37,452 bases of DNA from an uncultured Planctomycetales bacterium (GCA_964571895.1 CAZNDW010000002.1:1-37452); one strand, 5' to 3'; counted from the first letter of the stretch, positions 8,430 through 17,585 are shown. Numbers and translations: made by a program. Notes: generated from the letters alone by a model not told the origin.

Positions 8430-9722
8430 CTATGTTCCGACACTCAAGAGCGAATTCATTTCTTTTTCTTGATTATCTTTTAAGGGACCAATCAAGGCTA
8501 AGTTGAATCGGTTTTCTTTAAAAAGGTTATCGGCCAGGCGCCCGATGTCATCCATTTTGACCTTATTGACCTGTCGGATGATCTCGGGGAGGGTATAAGC
8601 CTTCTTCAGCGTGATCGTGGCCTCTCCGATCCAAAGCATATGGTCTAACGTATCCTCCAACCCCAGCAAGAATTGGCCCAGAAAATAATCTTTAGCCCGA
8701 TGGAATTCATCCTTGTTCGTTCCTTTCTGGCGGATGATTTTCAGTTGTTCTAAAATTGCAGAAACGGCTTCCACAATCTTACGGTTATCCACTCCGGCTC
8801 GGATCAGGAAAATTCCGGTATCCCGCAAAGATTTTGTGGAACTGGAGATTGAATAGGCCAAGCCCCGCTTTTCTCTCAATTCATCAAACAGCCGACTGGA
8901 CATGTTAGCCCCCAAAATCACATTGAGGAGATTGAAGGCGTATTTGTCTGGGTGATCATAGGGCAGTCCCAAGACCCCTAAGGCCAGATGCATTTGTTCC
9001 GTCTCTTTTCTAAAAAACTTTGCCTTGGGTTTTGAGGGATTATTTTCCGCTTTTAAGAAATCTTTGGTCTTAGCCGACCCCAAGGGGCCCAACTTTTTTT
9101 GAACCACATTCACAAAATCTTTATGCTCCAGGTGACCGCACGCCGAAATCACAACGTTACCCGGAAAGTAATGCGTGTGATGGAATCCCCTCAAGTCGAC
9201 AGGACTCATTTGACTGACCGACTCAAAGGTCCCCGCCAAACTTTTTCCTAAGGGATGATTGGGCCACATCAATTCATCCAAAAGCTCCAAAACATAATAC
9301 TGGGGGAGATCATGATACATCTTGATCTCTTCCAAAATCACGGTGCGCTCTTTGTCGACATCTTTTTTCTGAATCAGCGGACAAAAGACCATGTCCGTTA
9401 GAATATCAAAGGTCCTAGTCCAATGCCTCAAAGGGATCTTGGCAAAAACACAGGTCGTCTCCTCTGTGGTAAAGGCATTTAAACTCCCTCCCACCCCCTC
9501 AACCAATTCTTTGATCTGCTTACAAGAATAATGCTCACTTCCTTTAAATAAAATGTGTTCCAGAAAATGGGCGGCGCCTTTGTTTTGATCGTTTTCATAC
9601 CGGCCGCCGGTCCCCACCCAAATTCCTATCGACACACTCTCCCGGTCTTTGACCGCATGAGTGATCACGCGCAATTTATTGGATAAAAGGGCCTTTTGAT
9701 ACATGAACCAACCTCCTCGCAA
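8430..9722 (-). CDS. M16-family (pitrilysin/insulinase-like) zinc peptidase
   Basis: Carries the inverted zinc motif HxxEH (HFLEHILFKG) and has typical M16 length. The likely true start is MYQKALL at 9704. Either start overlaps the end of trpA (9676). Confidence 0.85.
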   Translation of the reverse strand: MRGGWFMYQKALLSNKLRVITHAVKDRESVSIGIWVGTGGRYENDQNKGAAHFLEHILFKGSEHYSCKQIKELVEGVGGSLNAFTTEETTCVFAKIPLRHWTRTFDILTDMVFCPLIQKKDVDKERTVILEEIKMYHDLPQYYVLELLDELMWPNHPLGKSLAGTFESVSQMSPVDLRGFHHTHYFPGNVVISACGHLEHKDFVNVVQKKLGPLGSAKTKDFLKAENNPSKPKAKFFRKETEQMHLALGVLGLPYDHPDKYAFNLLNVILGANMSSRLFDELREKRGLAYSISSSTKSLRDTGIFLIRAGVDNRKIVEAVSAILEQLKIIRQKGTNKDEFHRAKDYFLGQFLLGLEDTLDHMLWIGEATITLKKAYTLPEIIRQVNKVKMDDIGRLADNLFKENRFNLALIGPLKDNQEKEMNSLLSVGT

Positions 9723-10485
9723 AGTCCGTCACATTTTTGACCAAATCCCGACGGCCGGTGTTTTTGACAATTTGATCGATAAGGGCGCTTCCCACAATCA
9801 CCCCATCGGCAACTTTTAAGATCTTCCGAATTTGTTCGGGCCGGGAGACTCCGAATCCCACACAAATCGGTTTTGGGGTTTGGGCCTTGGCAATTGTCAC
9901 ATTTTGAAAAATGTTTTCCGGAAGCCTCTTTCGGGCGCCGGTAATACCCGTAAGGGAGACATAATAGATAAAGCCGGTGGACGCTCGGACAATTCTTCTA
10001 AGACGATTTCGGGTGGTCGTTGGTGAGAGAAAAAATATCATGGCAAAATCATTTTTGCGGGCCATGCGAATGAACGATCCGGCCTCTTCTGGAGGCAGAT
10101 CCGGAATGATGACGCCATCGACTCCTAACTTTCTGGCCTTCGCCACAAACCGATCTTCACCGAAATGAAAGATCGGATTATAATAACTCATCAGGGCAAT
10201 GGGGATTTGGGAAGTTCGTCGGATTTCTTGGACAAGTTTAAAAATTTTGGGAAGGGTCACAGCAGCCCGCAGGGCCCTCTGGGAAGAGGCCTGAATGGTG
10301 GGGCCGTCCGCTAAGGGATCCGAAAAAGGAACCCCCAGTTCAATCACATCAACCCCCGCCTTGGCAAAACTGAGAACCAAATCCTTGGTGGCTTTAAGAT
10401 CCGGGTCCCCGGCGGTTATAAAAGCGATAAAGGCCTTCTTCTTTTGTCTTCGTAATTTTTTAAACTGAAGATCAATTCGGTTCAT
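9676..10485 (-). CDS. trpA: Tryptophan synthase alpha chain
   Basis: 269 aa with typical TrpA segments ([44 protein letters not shown]). It overlaps trpB by 14 nt. Confidence 0.9.
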   Translation of the reverse strand: MNRIDLQFKKLRRQKKKAFIAFITAGDPDLKATKDLVLSFAKAGVDVIELGVPFSDPLADGPTIQASSQRALRAAVTLPKIFKLVQEIRRTSQIPIALMSYYNPIFHFGEDRFVAKARKLGVDGVIIPDLPPEEAGSFIRMARKNDFAMIFFLSPTTTRNRLRRIVRASTGFIYYVSLTGITGARKRLPENIFQNVTIAKAQTPKPICVGFGVSRPEQIRKILKVADGVIVGSALIDQIVKNTGRRDLVKNVTDFARRLVHVSKGPFIQ

Positions 10486-11713
10486 CTTCGTCCATAATCT
10501 CTTTTAATGCCCCCACGTCCTTATCTCCCCGCCCGGACAGGCACACAATGACGGTTTTCTTGCCGTTCACCGTGCGGGCAAGTTTTTCTAAATAAGCAAT
10601 CGCATGCGCTGTTTCCAAGGCCGGAATGATCCCCTCTTTTTCTGATAATAACCGGAGACCTTGGAGGGCTTCTTGATCGGTGACAGAAACATAACGGATG
10701 CGGCCGATCTTTTTATAGTAGGCGTGCTCTGGCCCGACACCGGGATAATCCAAGCCGGCAGCGATCGAATGAGCGATTCTGACTTGTCCATTTTGATCTT
10801 GCAGAAGTCGGCTTTTGCTTCCATGCAAAATACCGACGCTCCCGCAATTTAACGCCGCGGCATGCTGCTTGGTCTTAAGACCCAATCCCGCGGCTTCCAC
10901 GCCAATCATTTTGATCCGGCGTTCCTTCAGGAAAGGATAAAACAAACCCATCGCGTTGCTGCCGCCTCCGACACAGGCAACCAAAAAATCGGGCAGTGCA
11001 TGTTCTTTTTTATAAAACTGCCTTTTGGCTTCCTGGCCGATCACCGATTGGAAATCCCTGACCATTACCGGATAAGGATGGGGTCCGGCCACCGAACCAA
11101 TCAGATAAAATGTATCCGCAACATGGGTGACCCAGTCGCGGATCGCCTCATTCATGGCGTCTTTTAAGGTCTGAGATCCGCTTTTAACAGGAATCACGTT
11201 CGCGCCCAGCAAACGCATCCGCAGAACGTTGAGCGACTGGCGCACCATATCCTCCGAGCCCATATAAATCTCACACTTCAAGCCAAAGAGCGCCGCAACC
11301 GACGCCGTGGCCACACCGTGCTGCCCGGCGCCGGTCTCAGCGATGATCCGCCTCTTTCCCATTCGCCGCGCCACAAGAATTTGGCCCAAGGTGTTATTGA
11401 TTTTATGGGCGCCCGTATGCAGGAGATCTTCTCTTTTAAGATAAACTTTGAGGCGTTTTAAGTGCGCGCTCAAACGTTTGGCGTCATAGAGACCCGTCGG
11501 CCGGTACGCGTATTCCCGAAGATAATAATGAAATTCATCGCGGAACGATTTTTCCGATTTGAGAGCATAGAAACTCCGCGTTAATTCCTCGAGAGCACTC
11601 ATCAAAGTCTCCGGAACGAATCGGCCGCCAAATTCTCCAAAATGGCCTTTGGGATCCGGCAACTTCCTGATCAACCTCTTTTGAAACCTCACTTTAATTT
11701 CCTTTGTTTTCAT
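10472..11713 (-). CDS. trpB: Tryptophan synthase beta chain
   Basis: 413 aa with GHFG.FGG.FVPE, the PLP-lysine motif HTGAHKINN, and GGGSNA. Confidence 0.95.
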   Translation of the reverse strand: MKTKEIKVRFQKRLIRKLPDPKGHFGEFGGRFVPETLMSALEELTRSFYALKSEKSFRDEFHYYLREYAYRPTGLYDAKRLSAHLKRLKVYLKREDLLHTGAHKINNTLGQILVARRMGKRRIIAETGAGQHGVATASVAALFGLKCEIYMGSEDMVRQSLNVLRMRLLGANVIPVKSGSQTLKDAMNEAIRDWVTHVADTFYLIGSVAGPHPYPVMVRDFQSVIGQEAKRQFYKKEHALPDFLVACVGGGSNAMGLFYPFLKERRIKMIGVEAAGLGLKTKQHAAALNCGSVGILHGSKSRLLQDQNGQVRIAHSIAAGLDYPGVGPEHAYYKKIGRIRYVSVTDQEALQGLRLLSEKEGIIPALETAHAIAYLEKLARTVNGKKTVIVCLSGRGDKDVGALKEIMDEDEPN

Positions 11714-12416
11714 CCTTCACCATCACCATCGTCATGTCGCCAAAACCAATGGCCCCATTAATCTTTAAGGGAATCTTCTTAGGCCCGGCATCGAACCAGA
11801 TCTCATACCGGCCCGGTTCACTTTTCAGATAATAGGAGTCAAACGTCTCGTTAGCGACTTTGAGTTTAACGGTTCTTTTCAGCTGAAGGGTCACCTCTTG
11901 GGTGGGGAGATGCATCGTGAAGGAATCTCCAACATGAAATTTCCCGCCAAAACGATACCGATAAAGAAAACAATAAATATTATCCAGTCGTTTCTTTTTC
12001 TCAATGATCTTTTGAGTGACTCTGCCTCCGGATTCTTTGGTGATCTTCACTGTACCTTTCCCGGCAGAATACTCTTCCGTAATCTTTTCCCTCTTGCCCA
12101 AAATATTCAAGCTCCGTTCGATTTTGATGGGATAAAAGCTCACGCGATCCAGGGTGATCCTCTCTTCATCGAAAAAGTTAAATCCCGTGGCGGTAAAGAC
12201 GATGAGATACGCATCGTAATTTTTAGTTTTGGCTAAGTCCTCAAAAACCAATGTCGCCTCGCCCGCCTTAACCCCAAACTTTTTGATAACATAGGTGATC
12301 TTTTCTCCTTGAAAAAAGGACGGCTCTTTTTTTCCATCCGCGCAGCTTAAGGATATCCCGAGAACTGAAAGCAGGATCAACGGAAGAAAAACATGCCGAA
12401 TGAAGGGTTTCCTCAT
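11694..12416 (-). CDS. Lipoprotein, DUF3108-like (hypothetical)
   Basis: The signal peptide has a lipobox (LGISLSC). The beta-rich body has a Y.I...G..AGEATL pattern reminiscent of DUF3108. The family assignment is from memory only. Confidence 0.55.
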   Translation of the reverse strand: MRKPFIRHVFLPLILLSVLGISLSCADGKKEPSFFQGEKITYVIKKFGVKAGEATLVFEDLAKTKNYDAYLIVFTATGFNFFDEERITLDRVSFYPIKIERSLNILGKREKITEEYSAGKGTVKITKESGGRVTQKIIEKKKRLDNIYCFLYRYRFGGKFHVGDSFTMHLPTQEVTLQLKRTVKLKVANETFDSYYLKSEPGRYEIWFDAGPKKIPLKINGAIGFGDMTMVMVKDENKGN

Positions 12417-13561
12417 TTTACTCTTTGATCATATTCCTTCAAAAACGCCTCTAAGAGTCTGGCCCCTTGATACAGATTCTCAACGGAGGCATATTCATCG
12501 GTTGTGTGGGCCGTCCCGCGGGAAGCGTATCCTGTGGCAAAAGCCGGGATCCCGTATTTTTTAAAAAACGTCATGACCGTTGCGCCTTCTGATCCTTTCA
12601 GGATGGTTTGATAACCCATTTTTTGAGCTGTGTTGAGGTAGGTTTTCACAAAAGGATGGCGACGATCGATCTCATAAGGAGACTGCACGTCATCAATGGT
12701 GAATTTGAATCGCTTGGTTGTCCGGCGAATGATGGTCTTTATTTCGTTAATGAGGTGTCTGGGATTCATCCCCGGCAAATAACGGACATCTAAGGCGAAC
12801 TCGCAAAAATCAGCCACCATGTTTACCTTATCCCCTCCGCGGATGGTTCCGATATTGGTGGTGGGCGCTCTCAAAAGGGGGTGTCTGCGGAACCGGAAGG
12901 GATGCGCTTTCAGATTCCGGATGATCTCGACGGCTTGCTCAATGGCATTGCAGCCCAGCCAACCATAAGCCGCATGCGCTTTCTTGCCGAAGATCTGAAT
13001 TCGGCTGTGAATCAGTCCCTTTTGGGCAATGATCGCATCAAATTCATCGGAATCTAAAATGAGCGCAGCCTGGGGTCTTAAAATTTTTTTGGATAAAAGC
13101 GGGATGATCCCGTAATGACTCCCGGTTTCTTCATCAACCGTGGCCGCGAGGATAACGTCTCCTCGAAGGCGAGCCTTGTCTTCGACCAAGCTGCGCATCA
13201 CTTCCATACAGCAGGCCAAATTCCCCTTGTCGTCACTGGCCCCTCGTCCATAAATCTTACCACGATGGATCTTCCCTCCCCAAGGATCGAATTTCCAACC
13301 TCTCCCCAACGGAACCGTGTCGATGTGCGGCGTAATCAAAATGGCTTTCTTCGAGGCCTCTTTTCGGGAAAGGCTTCCTTTCAAAAGAGCGATGATATTG
13401 GGCCGATCCTTTTGAAAAGCATATGCCTTGACCTCAAGGCCCAACGATTCTAAATCTTTCCTGAGGAAATGGGCTAAGGCCTTTTCGTTCCCGGGAGGAT
13501 TTTGAGAATCAAAACCAATGACCTCTCGCGTTAAGGCAACCAACCGGCGTTTATTGATCAT
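12413..13561 (-). CDS. M20-family metallohydrolase (ArgE/DapE-type deacylase)
   Basis: 382 aa with HIDTVP, GRGASDDKG and DEE.GS metal-ligand motifs of the M20/ArgE/DapE family. Its ATGA stop/start overlaps the downstream lipoprotein gene. Confidence 0.8.
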   Translation of the reverse strand: MINKRRLVALTREVIGFDSQNPPGNEKALAHFLRKDLESLGLEVKAYAFQKDRPNIIALLKGSLSRKEASKKAILITPHIDTVPLGRGWKFDPWGGKIHRGKIYGRGASDDKGNLACCMEVMRSLVEDKARLRGDVILAATVDEETGSHYGIIPLLSKKILRPQAALILDSDEFDAIIAQKGLIHSRIQIFGKKAHAAYGWLGCNAIEQAVEIIRNLKAHPFRFRRHPLLRAPTTNIGTIRGGDKVNMVADFCEFALDVRYLPGMNPRHLINEIKTIIRRTTKRFKFTIDDVQSPYEIDRRHPFVKTYLNTAQKMGYQTILKGSEGATVMTFFKKYGIPAFATGYASRGTAHTTDEYASVENLYQGARLLEAFLKEYDQRVK

Positions 13562-13627
13562 TTGAGAAACTCTTCATAAACTCTAATCCACCGTTTAAGT
13601 CATAGGGCACCATTATAGCACACAAAT

Positions 13628-13660
13628 AAAAAATCCCTTTCTCGTTGCAAGGGATTTTTT
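13628..13660. terminator. Bidirectional intrinsic-terminator-like hairpin
   Basis: AAAAAATCCCTT (13628-13639), a 9-nt loop, then AAGGGATTTTTT (13649-13660). The stem is flanked by an A-tract and a T-tract, so either strand gets a U-run. Confidence 0.55.
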
Positions 13661-13665
13661 ATAAA

Positions 13666-13878
13666 AAGCCGATAAAGGGGGGTATATCCCCTTACCTGGC
13701 CTACCCTGACTGCCGTCAGGCAGGCCTGCTTCGGCAACCCAGCCACCTTATTGTCGTCACCTTAAGCATATCTTGCTTCGAGTATCCCTGTATAGAGCAA
13801 GGGCCTTCTGGTTGTAAGACAACGTAGGTCTGTTGGCTTTGTGTCCCCGGGTTTCCCCGGGTTTACCTTTATCGGCTT
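13666..13878. ncRNA. Unclassified 213-nt structured element (riboswitch-like leader, sRNA, or MITE-like repeat)
   Basis: A perfect 13-bp long-range pairing, AAGCCGATAAAGG (13666-13678) / CCTTTATCGGCTT (13866-13878), encloses several local hairpins and a tandem CCCCGGGTTT x2 (13845-13864). No convincing ORF. Strand is undetermined. Confidence 0.4.
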
Positions 13879-13932
13879 GATTAAAATATAACATAATTTC
13901 CGTCGGGTGGCAAGGTAGGTCCCCCCTTCCAA

Positions 13933-13976
13933 GGGCCAACCCAATTCAACCGTTGCCGGTTGAATTGGGTTGGCCC
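13933..13976. terminator. Perfect 20-bp hairpin downstream of the exonuclease gene
   Basis: GGGCCAACCCAATTCAACCG, loop TTGC, then CGGTTGAATTGGGTTGGCCC. A T-rich run (GGTTTCTTT) follows only on the plus strand; on the minus strand TTGGAAGG follows. Confidence 0.45.
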
Positions 13977-14001
13977 GGTTTCTTTCCCGATGAGAAGGCC
14001 A

Positions 14002-14688
14002 TTAAATTCTCAAATACTGTTCCCAGCGCTGATAAAGTTCTTTGGTTGCCTGCACATCGCCTAAACAATAACGGGCGATCTCGCGGTAACGGCCTTCTTG
14101 ATAAAAATCTTTGACCTGAAGGCCTGTCATCGCTGGCTGGGCCTGCCCTCCTTCTTTCGGGCTTTTGATTCCAAAGGCCTTACACCACATGTGCAGACTG
14201 AATTTCCGTTTCATGGCGTCGTAAAAGGACAGTTGGTCCGCCAGATCAACATGAAAACTGGGATTATACCGGTACGGCATGAGGTTTTTGGTAGGACGGA
14301 TGTTATGGATGGCGGAACGGATCATCAAAAAAGGACAGTCGAAGGTGCGCCCATTGAAGGTGATGAACTGTTCACAGTTTTTCATCTGGTTCCAGAAATG
14401 CGTTAAGATTTCTTTTTCATTTCCCGAGACAAACGTGGCCGGGCCTTCGGTAAAATTTTCAGGGACTTGATTGTCATTCTGGAAATAGACAAAACCTTGA
14501 TCACTCTCGACCGGCACCATCCCGATTGTGATGATTTGGGCTGTTAAGGGATAAAAACTGAGGCTGTTTTTGGCGTCCTTCTGCTTCTCATCGGTGTCGG
14601 CGAACTTAAGGAAATACTCCTGAAAGCTTTCATCTAAAAGCTGAAAGTCTTGACCGAGGGTTTCGATATCAAAAACGACTTTGGGCAT
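14002..14688 (-). CDS. Stand-alone 3'-5' exonuclease related to the PolB exonuclease domain (RNase H-like fold)
   Basis: 228 aa with Exo I (VFDIET), Exo II (FNGRTFDCPF) and Exo III (YCLGDV) motifs, in the arrangement of the DNA_pol_B_exo2-type family. Confidence 0.75.
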   Translation of the reverse strand: MPKVVFDIETLGQDFQLLDESFQEYFLKFADTDEKQKDAKNSLSFYPLTAQIITIGMVPVESDQGFVYFQNDNQVPENFTEGPATFVSGNEKEILTHFWNQMKNCEQFITFNGRTFDCPFLMIRSAIHNIRPTKNLMPYRYNPSFHVDLADQLSFYDAMKRKFSLHMWCKAFGIKSPKEGGQAQPAMTGLQVKDFYQEGRYREIARYCLGDVQATKELYQRWEQYLRI

Positions 14689-14732
14689 GTCATTCCTTTA
14701 AAAGGTTTCAGATGTTACTCAGGTTATCAAGG

Positions 14733-15569
14733 TTACTTCAAAACCTCGGCAACCTTTTTAACCTTTATAGCCTTATTAACCTGTATCGATTCTTTCAACT
14801 CCGTATAAAGCTTATAGGCCTCCTGGGGCGAGGACCCTTCATGCACGATGGAACGGATCGCTCGAATCATGGCCACCGGAGAAGCCGCCTGAAAGATATT
14901 GCGGCCCATATCGACGCCCACAGCGCCCTCCCCGATCGCCTTGTGCGCCAGTTCTAAGGCAGCGGACTCCTCAATCTTTTTACCACCCGCGATCACAACC
15001 GGAATCGGGCATTTCTTGATCAATTGATCGAATCCCTCACAGTAATAGGTCTTGACCATATGGGCACCCAGTTCCGCCGCGATCCGGCAGGCCAAACTCA
15101 AATACCGCTCATCGCGAACCATGTTCTTCCCCACCGCCGTGACCGCGAGAACCGGAATCCCGTATTCTTCTCCCATGTCGATCAATTTCGCCAGATTGAC
15201 CAGCGTCTGATGCTGATAGGGACTCCCAACATAAATGGAAAGCGCCATCGCCGAGGCATTCAGCTTGATGGCGTCTTTCATCGAGACGGTGATGTCTTCC
15301 TGAGACAAATCCTCATTGAGGATACTGTTCCCCCCGGAAACCCGCAGCACAATCGGCGTACTGGGTTGGGGATCGACGCTTGTCCTTAAAATACCCCGCG
15401 TCAGCATTAAAGAGTCGGTGTACGGCAGAAGCGGTGCGATCGTTTTGGCTGCGTCTTCCAAGCCGGTCGTTGGTCCCAGAAAATAACCGTGATCAACCGC
15501 CAGCATTAACGTCCGGCCGGTGTCTGGCCGAATGATTCTTGCTAATCTATTTTTCATGCCCCAATCCAT
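14733..15569 (-). CDS. LsrF/DhnA-family class I aldolase or thiolase (COG1830-type)
   Basis: 278 aa. It aligns by eye with recalled E. coli LsrF over most of its length (DWGM..RL.RI, LA.DHGYF.GPTTGLE, TRGILR, VGK.MVRD.RY, IAAE.GA...KTYY, P.PVVIAGGKK, G.DMGRNIFQ). The Schiff-base lysine context VKTYY is present. Confidence 0.75.
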   Translation of the reverse strand: MDWGMKNRLARIIRPDTGRTLMLAVDHGYFLGPTTGLEDAAKTIAPLLPYTDSLMLTRGILRTSVDPQPSTPIVLRVSGGNSILNEDLSQEDITVSMKDAIKLNASAMALSIYVGSPYQHQTLVNLAKLIDMGEEYGIPVLAVTAVGKNMVRDERYLSLACRIAAELGAHMVKTYYCEGFDQLIKKCPIPVVIAGGKKIEESAALELAHKAIGEGAVGVDMGRNIFQAASPVAMIRAIRSIVHEGSSPQEAYKLYTELKESIQVNKAIKVKKVAEVLK

Positions 15570-16626
15570 GTTCCCTCCTCCTTAGATTTTTTGTCTTTGT
15601 CGGCTCAATAATCACCTTCATTGACTCTCGAGGCTTCGCAACGAGTGCAAACCCTTTCTGGATATCCTGTAACGGAAATCGGTGCGTGATCATATCCCGT
15701 ACGATGATTTTCCTCTTAGAAATCAACGTGAGCGCTTCTTTAAGGTCTTCCGGACTGGCGGCGTACGAGCTTAAGAGCGTGACCTCCTGACGCCAGAAGA
15801 TTTCGTTCGTTGGAACCGGCAAACAGGAATCCGGTGAAGCTGCAGTAAAAATAAGAACCGTTCCCCCGCGTTCAACCGACCGCAGTCCTTGCGCAATCGC
15901 GGATTGCGCGGCCGAGCATAAAATGACAAGATCCGCCAAGCGTCCTCCATAGATTTGACGAAGCTTTGAAACAACATCCTCATCGCCATGAATCACTTCA
16001 TCAGCCCCGAACTCTTTGGCTTTCTGCAAACGATAAGAATCAATGTCGGTCGCCGCAACACTCTGGGCATCGTAATACCTGGCTAATTTCACATGTAGTA
16101 ATCCCGCCGAGCCACACCCCACGACCACGACCCGCTTTCCTTTCTTCATCTGCGCTAAACGTTGTCCCCGGATCGCGCACCCCAAAGGCTCGACAAAAGT
16201 GGCTTCCTCCATTGCGAGGGAATCAGGAATCCGAAACGTTCCTAATTTTAAATGCAGATCTGTCAACCGGACAAATTCCGCAAACCCGCCCGGATCAAAA
16301 TGCGTCCGCCGCAGCGTCTCACAGACTGTAGAATGGCCGTTTTGACAGTACTCACATTCTCCGCAAGGAACATGATGCGTGGCGACTATCCGATCGCCCA
16401 CTCTGAAATTCCGCACCTGGGCCCCCACATCGAGGATCGTGCCGGCCACCTCGTGCCCCAAGACCAACGGGACTTTATCTTTCCGATACCACTCCATAAG
16501 ATCCGTGCCGCAGATCCCGCTGGCCTCAACGGTCATCAAGGCTTCATCCGGAGCAACGCGAGGTTTAGGAAGCTCCTCTAACCGAATATCCGTATTGCTG
16601 TAATACAACGCAACTTGCATAGACAT
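15547..16626 (-). CDS. Zn-dependent medium-chain dehydrogenase (polyol / threonine dehydrogenase-like)
   Basis: 359 aa with catalytic-zinc GHE.AG, structural-zinc CGECEYCQNGHSTVC, and the Rossmann motif VVGCGSAGL. It overlaps the aldolase start by 23 nt. Confidence 0.85.
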   Translation of the reverse strand: MSMQVALYYSNTDIRLEELPKPRVAPDEALMTVEASGICGTDLMEWYRKDKVPLVLGHEVAGTILDVGAQVRNFRVGDRIVATHHVPCGECEYCQNGHSTVCETLRRTHFDPGGFAEFVRLTDLHLKLGTFRIPDSLAMEEATFVEPLGCAIRGQRLAQMKKGKRVVVVGCGSAGLLHVKLARYYDAQSVAATDIDSYRLQKAKEFGADEVIHGDEDVVSKLRQIYGGRLADLVILCSAAQSAIAQGLRSVERGGTVLIFTAASPDSCLPVPTNEIFWRQEVTLLSSYAASPEDLKEALTLISKRKIIVRDMITHRFPLQDIQKGFALVAKPRESMKVIIEPTKTKNLRRREHGLGHEK

Positions 16627-17585
16627 TAACCCCTAGTTTCCATTTCTCTTTGTTCAGTGGCCTTCTGGTTGGATAATGCCACGTTCTCTAACTTTGCCCG
16701 AAAATCCGAATACACTTTCTCTAAATCCAAAAGCTGGGCCCGGCTTTTCTCGAGCTCACTCTGGGATAACTGTTCTTTTTTGCTGAGCTCCTCGTAGGAG
16801 GCCTTCATCGCCTCGAGGTCTTTGAGAGTCTCTTCATAGAGCTGGTGGAAGGAATTATTCTCTTCCTTGAGATTTTGGATTTCCCTAAGATGCATTTCTA
16901 TTTCCGATTTGAAATCTTCGCAGAGTTTTTCTAAGCCAAAGGCCTGGGCCCGGCTTTTGGTGACCTCATAGTGAAGCATCTCTTCTTTCTTCTGGAAGAT
17001 CACGTGGGTCTCTTGAATCTTTTGGAGCTGAGTTTCTGCTTCATTTTTGGCTTTGAGAAGAGCCTCTTTCTCAGATTCTAAGTTTTGGACAGTGGTAGCT
17101 TTTTGCAGATCTTCTTCGGCTTTTTTCTTGGAAGACAAATCGTTTTCCAGTGAACCGATCTTAGCCAAACTTGCTTCCCATTGGGTTTGAAGATCCCGAT
17201 TCTTGGTCTTCAACTCCTCTTCTATCTTTTCCATATCTCGTTTGAGCTGTTCGACCAAGGCCAGATTTTTGGCCTTCTCCTCGGTCAAGACATTTTTTTC
17301 CTTATCCAAGGCCGCCAGCTGCTGACCCATCTGATCCCGCTGATCTTTAAGATTCTTCTTCAGATCATCCAACTGCGCCTTCAGCTTGGTTTCTGACTCT
17401 TTGGCTTCTTTAAGATCGGTTTTAATGGTTTGAAGTTCTAAGGCCATCGTAGCGGTCAAGTCGGCGGTACGCCCGGCAAGGGGAGCACCGCCGTCCCGGG
17501 GCGAAGAATCGAGAAGTCCGTTGACAAGGAAAAAAATCCCTACCGCAAAAAGCACAATGCCACTGACGATCAAGAGGATAATCAT
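16626..17585 (-). CDS. Membrane-anchored coiled-coil protein (hypothetical)
   Basis: 319 aa with one N-terminal TM helix (IILLIVSGIVLFAVGIFFLV), followed by ~280 aa of E/K/L/Q-rich heptad-like sequence. It has an internal repeat (KSRAQAFGLEKLCEDFKSE / KSRAQLLDLEKVYSDFRAK). Its TAA stop overlaps the dehydrogenase ATG (TAATG). Confidence 0.7.
   Translation of the reverse strand: MIILLIVSGIVLFAVGIFFLVNGLLDSSPRDGGAPLAGRTADLTATMALELQTIKTDLKEAKESETKLKAQLDDLKKNLKDQRDQMGQQLAALDKEKNVLTEEKAKNLALVEQLKRDMEKIEEELKTKNRDLQTQWEASLAKIGSLENDLSSKKKAEEDLQKATTVQNLESEKEALLKAKNEAETQLQKIQETHVIFQKKEEMLHYEVTKSRAQAFGLEKLCEDFKSEIEMHLREIQNLKEENNSFHQLYEETLKDLEAMKASYEELSKKEQLSQSELEKSRAQLLDLEKVYSDFRAKLENVALSNQKATEQREMETRG

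Noticed and set aside
13666-13878. Possible identity as a cobalamin, lysine (L-box) or T-box leader, or as SRP RNA.
   Set aside because: Only short motif echoes were found on the minus strand: GUUGCCGAAGCA resembles the L-box GUCGCCGAAGCA; GCCGAAG..CCUGCC and AGUCAGG resemble parts of the B12 box; AAGGUGGC resembles the T-box. The surrounding conserved cores are missing (AGAGGNGC, CCCGCAACUGUAA, UGGNACCGCG next to the terminator, GGAAGCAGCC of SRP), and the spacing is wrong. It remains unclassified pending cmsearch.
13879-13910. dif/XerCD-like site (ATATAACATAAT resembles the XerD arm of E. coli dif), and a DnaA-box-like TAATCCACC near 13584.
   Set aside because: The second, inverted arm of a dif site is absent after the 6-nt spacer. 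A single degenerate DnaA box with no cluster or AT-rich unwinding element does not support an origin.
13757-13944. Two overlapping 60-aa minus-strand ORFs, and a 60-aa plus-strand ORF (13645-13827), in the 440-bp gap.
   Set aside because: They are mutually overlapping frames across a region dominated by stem-loops, with no Shine-Dalgarno and implausible composition. RNA or DNA structure explains the region better.
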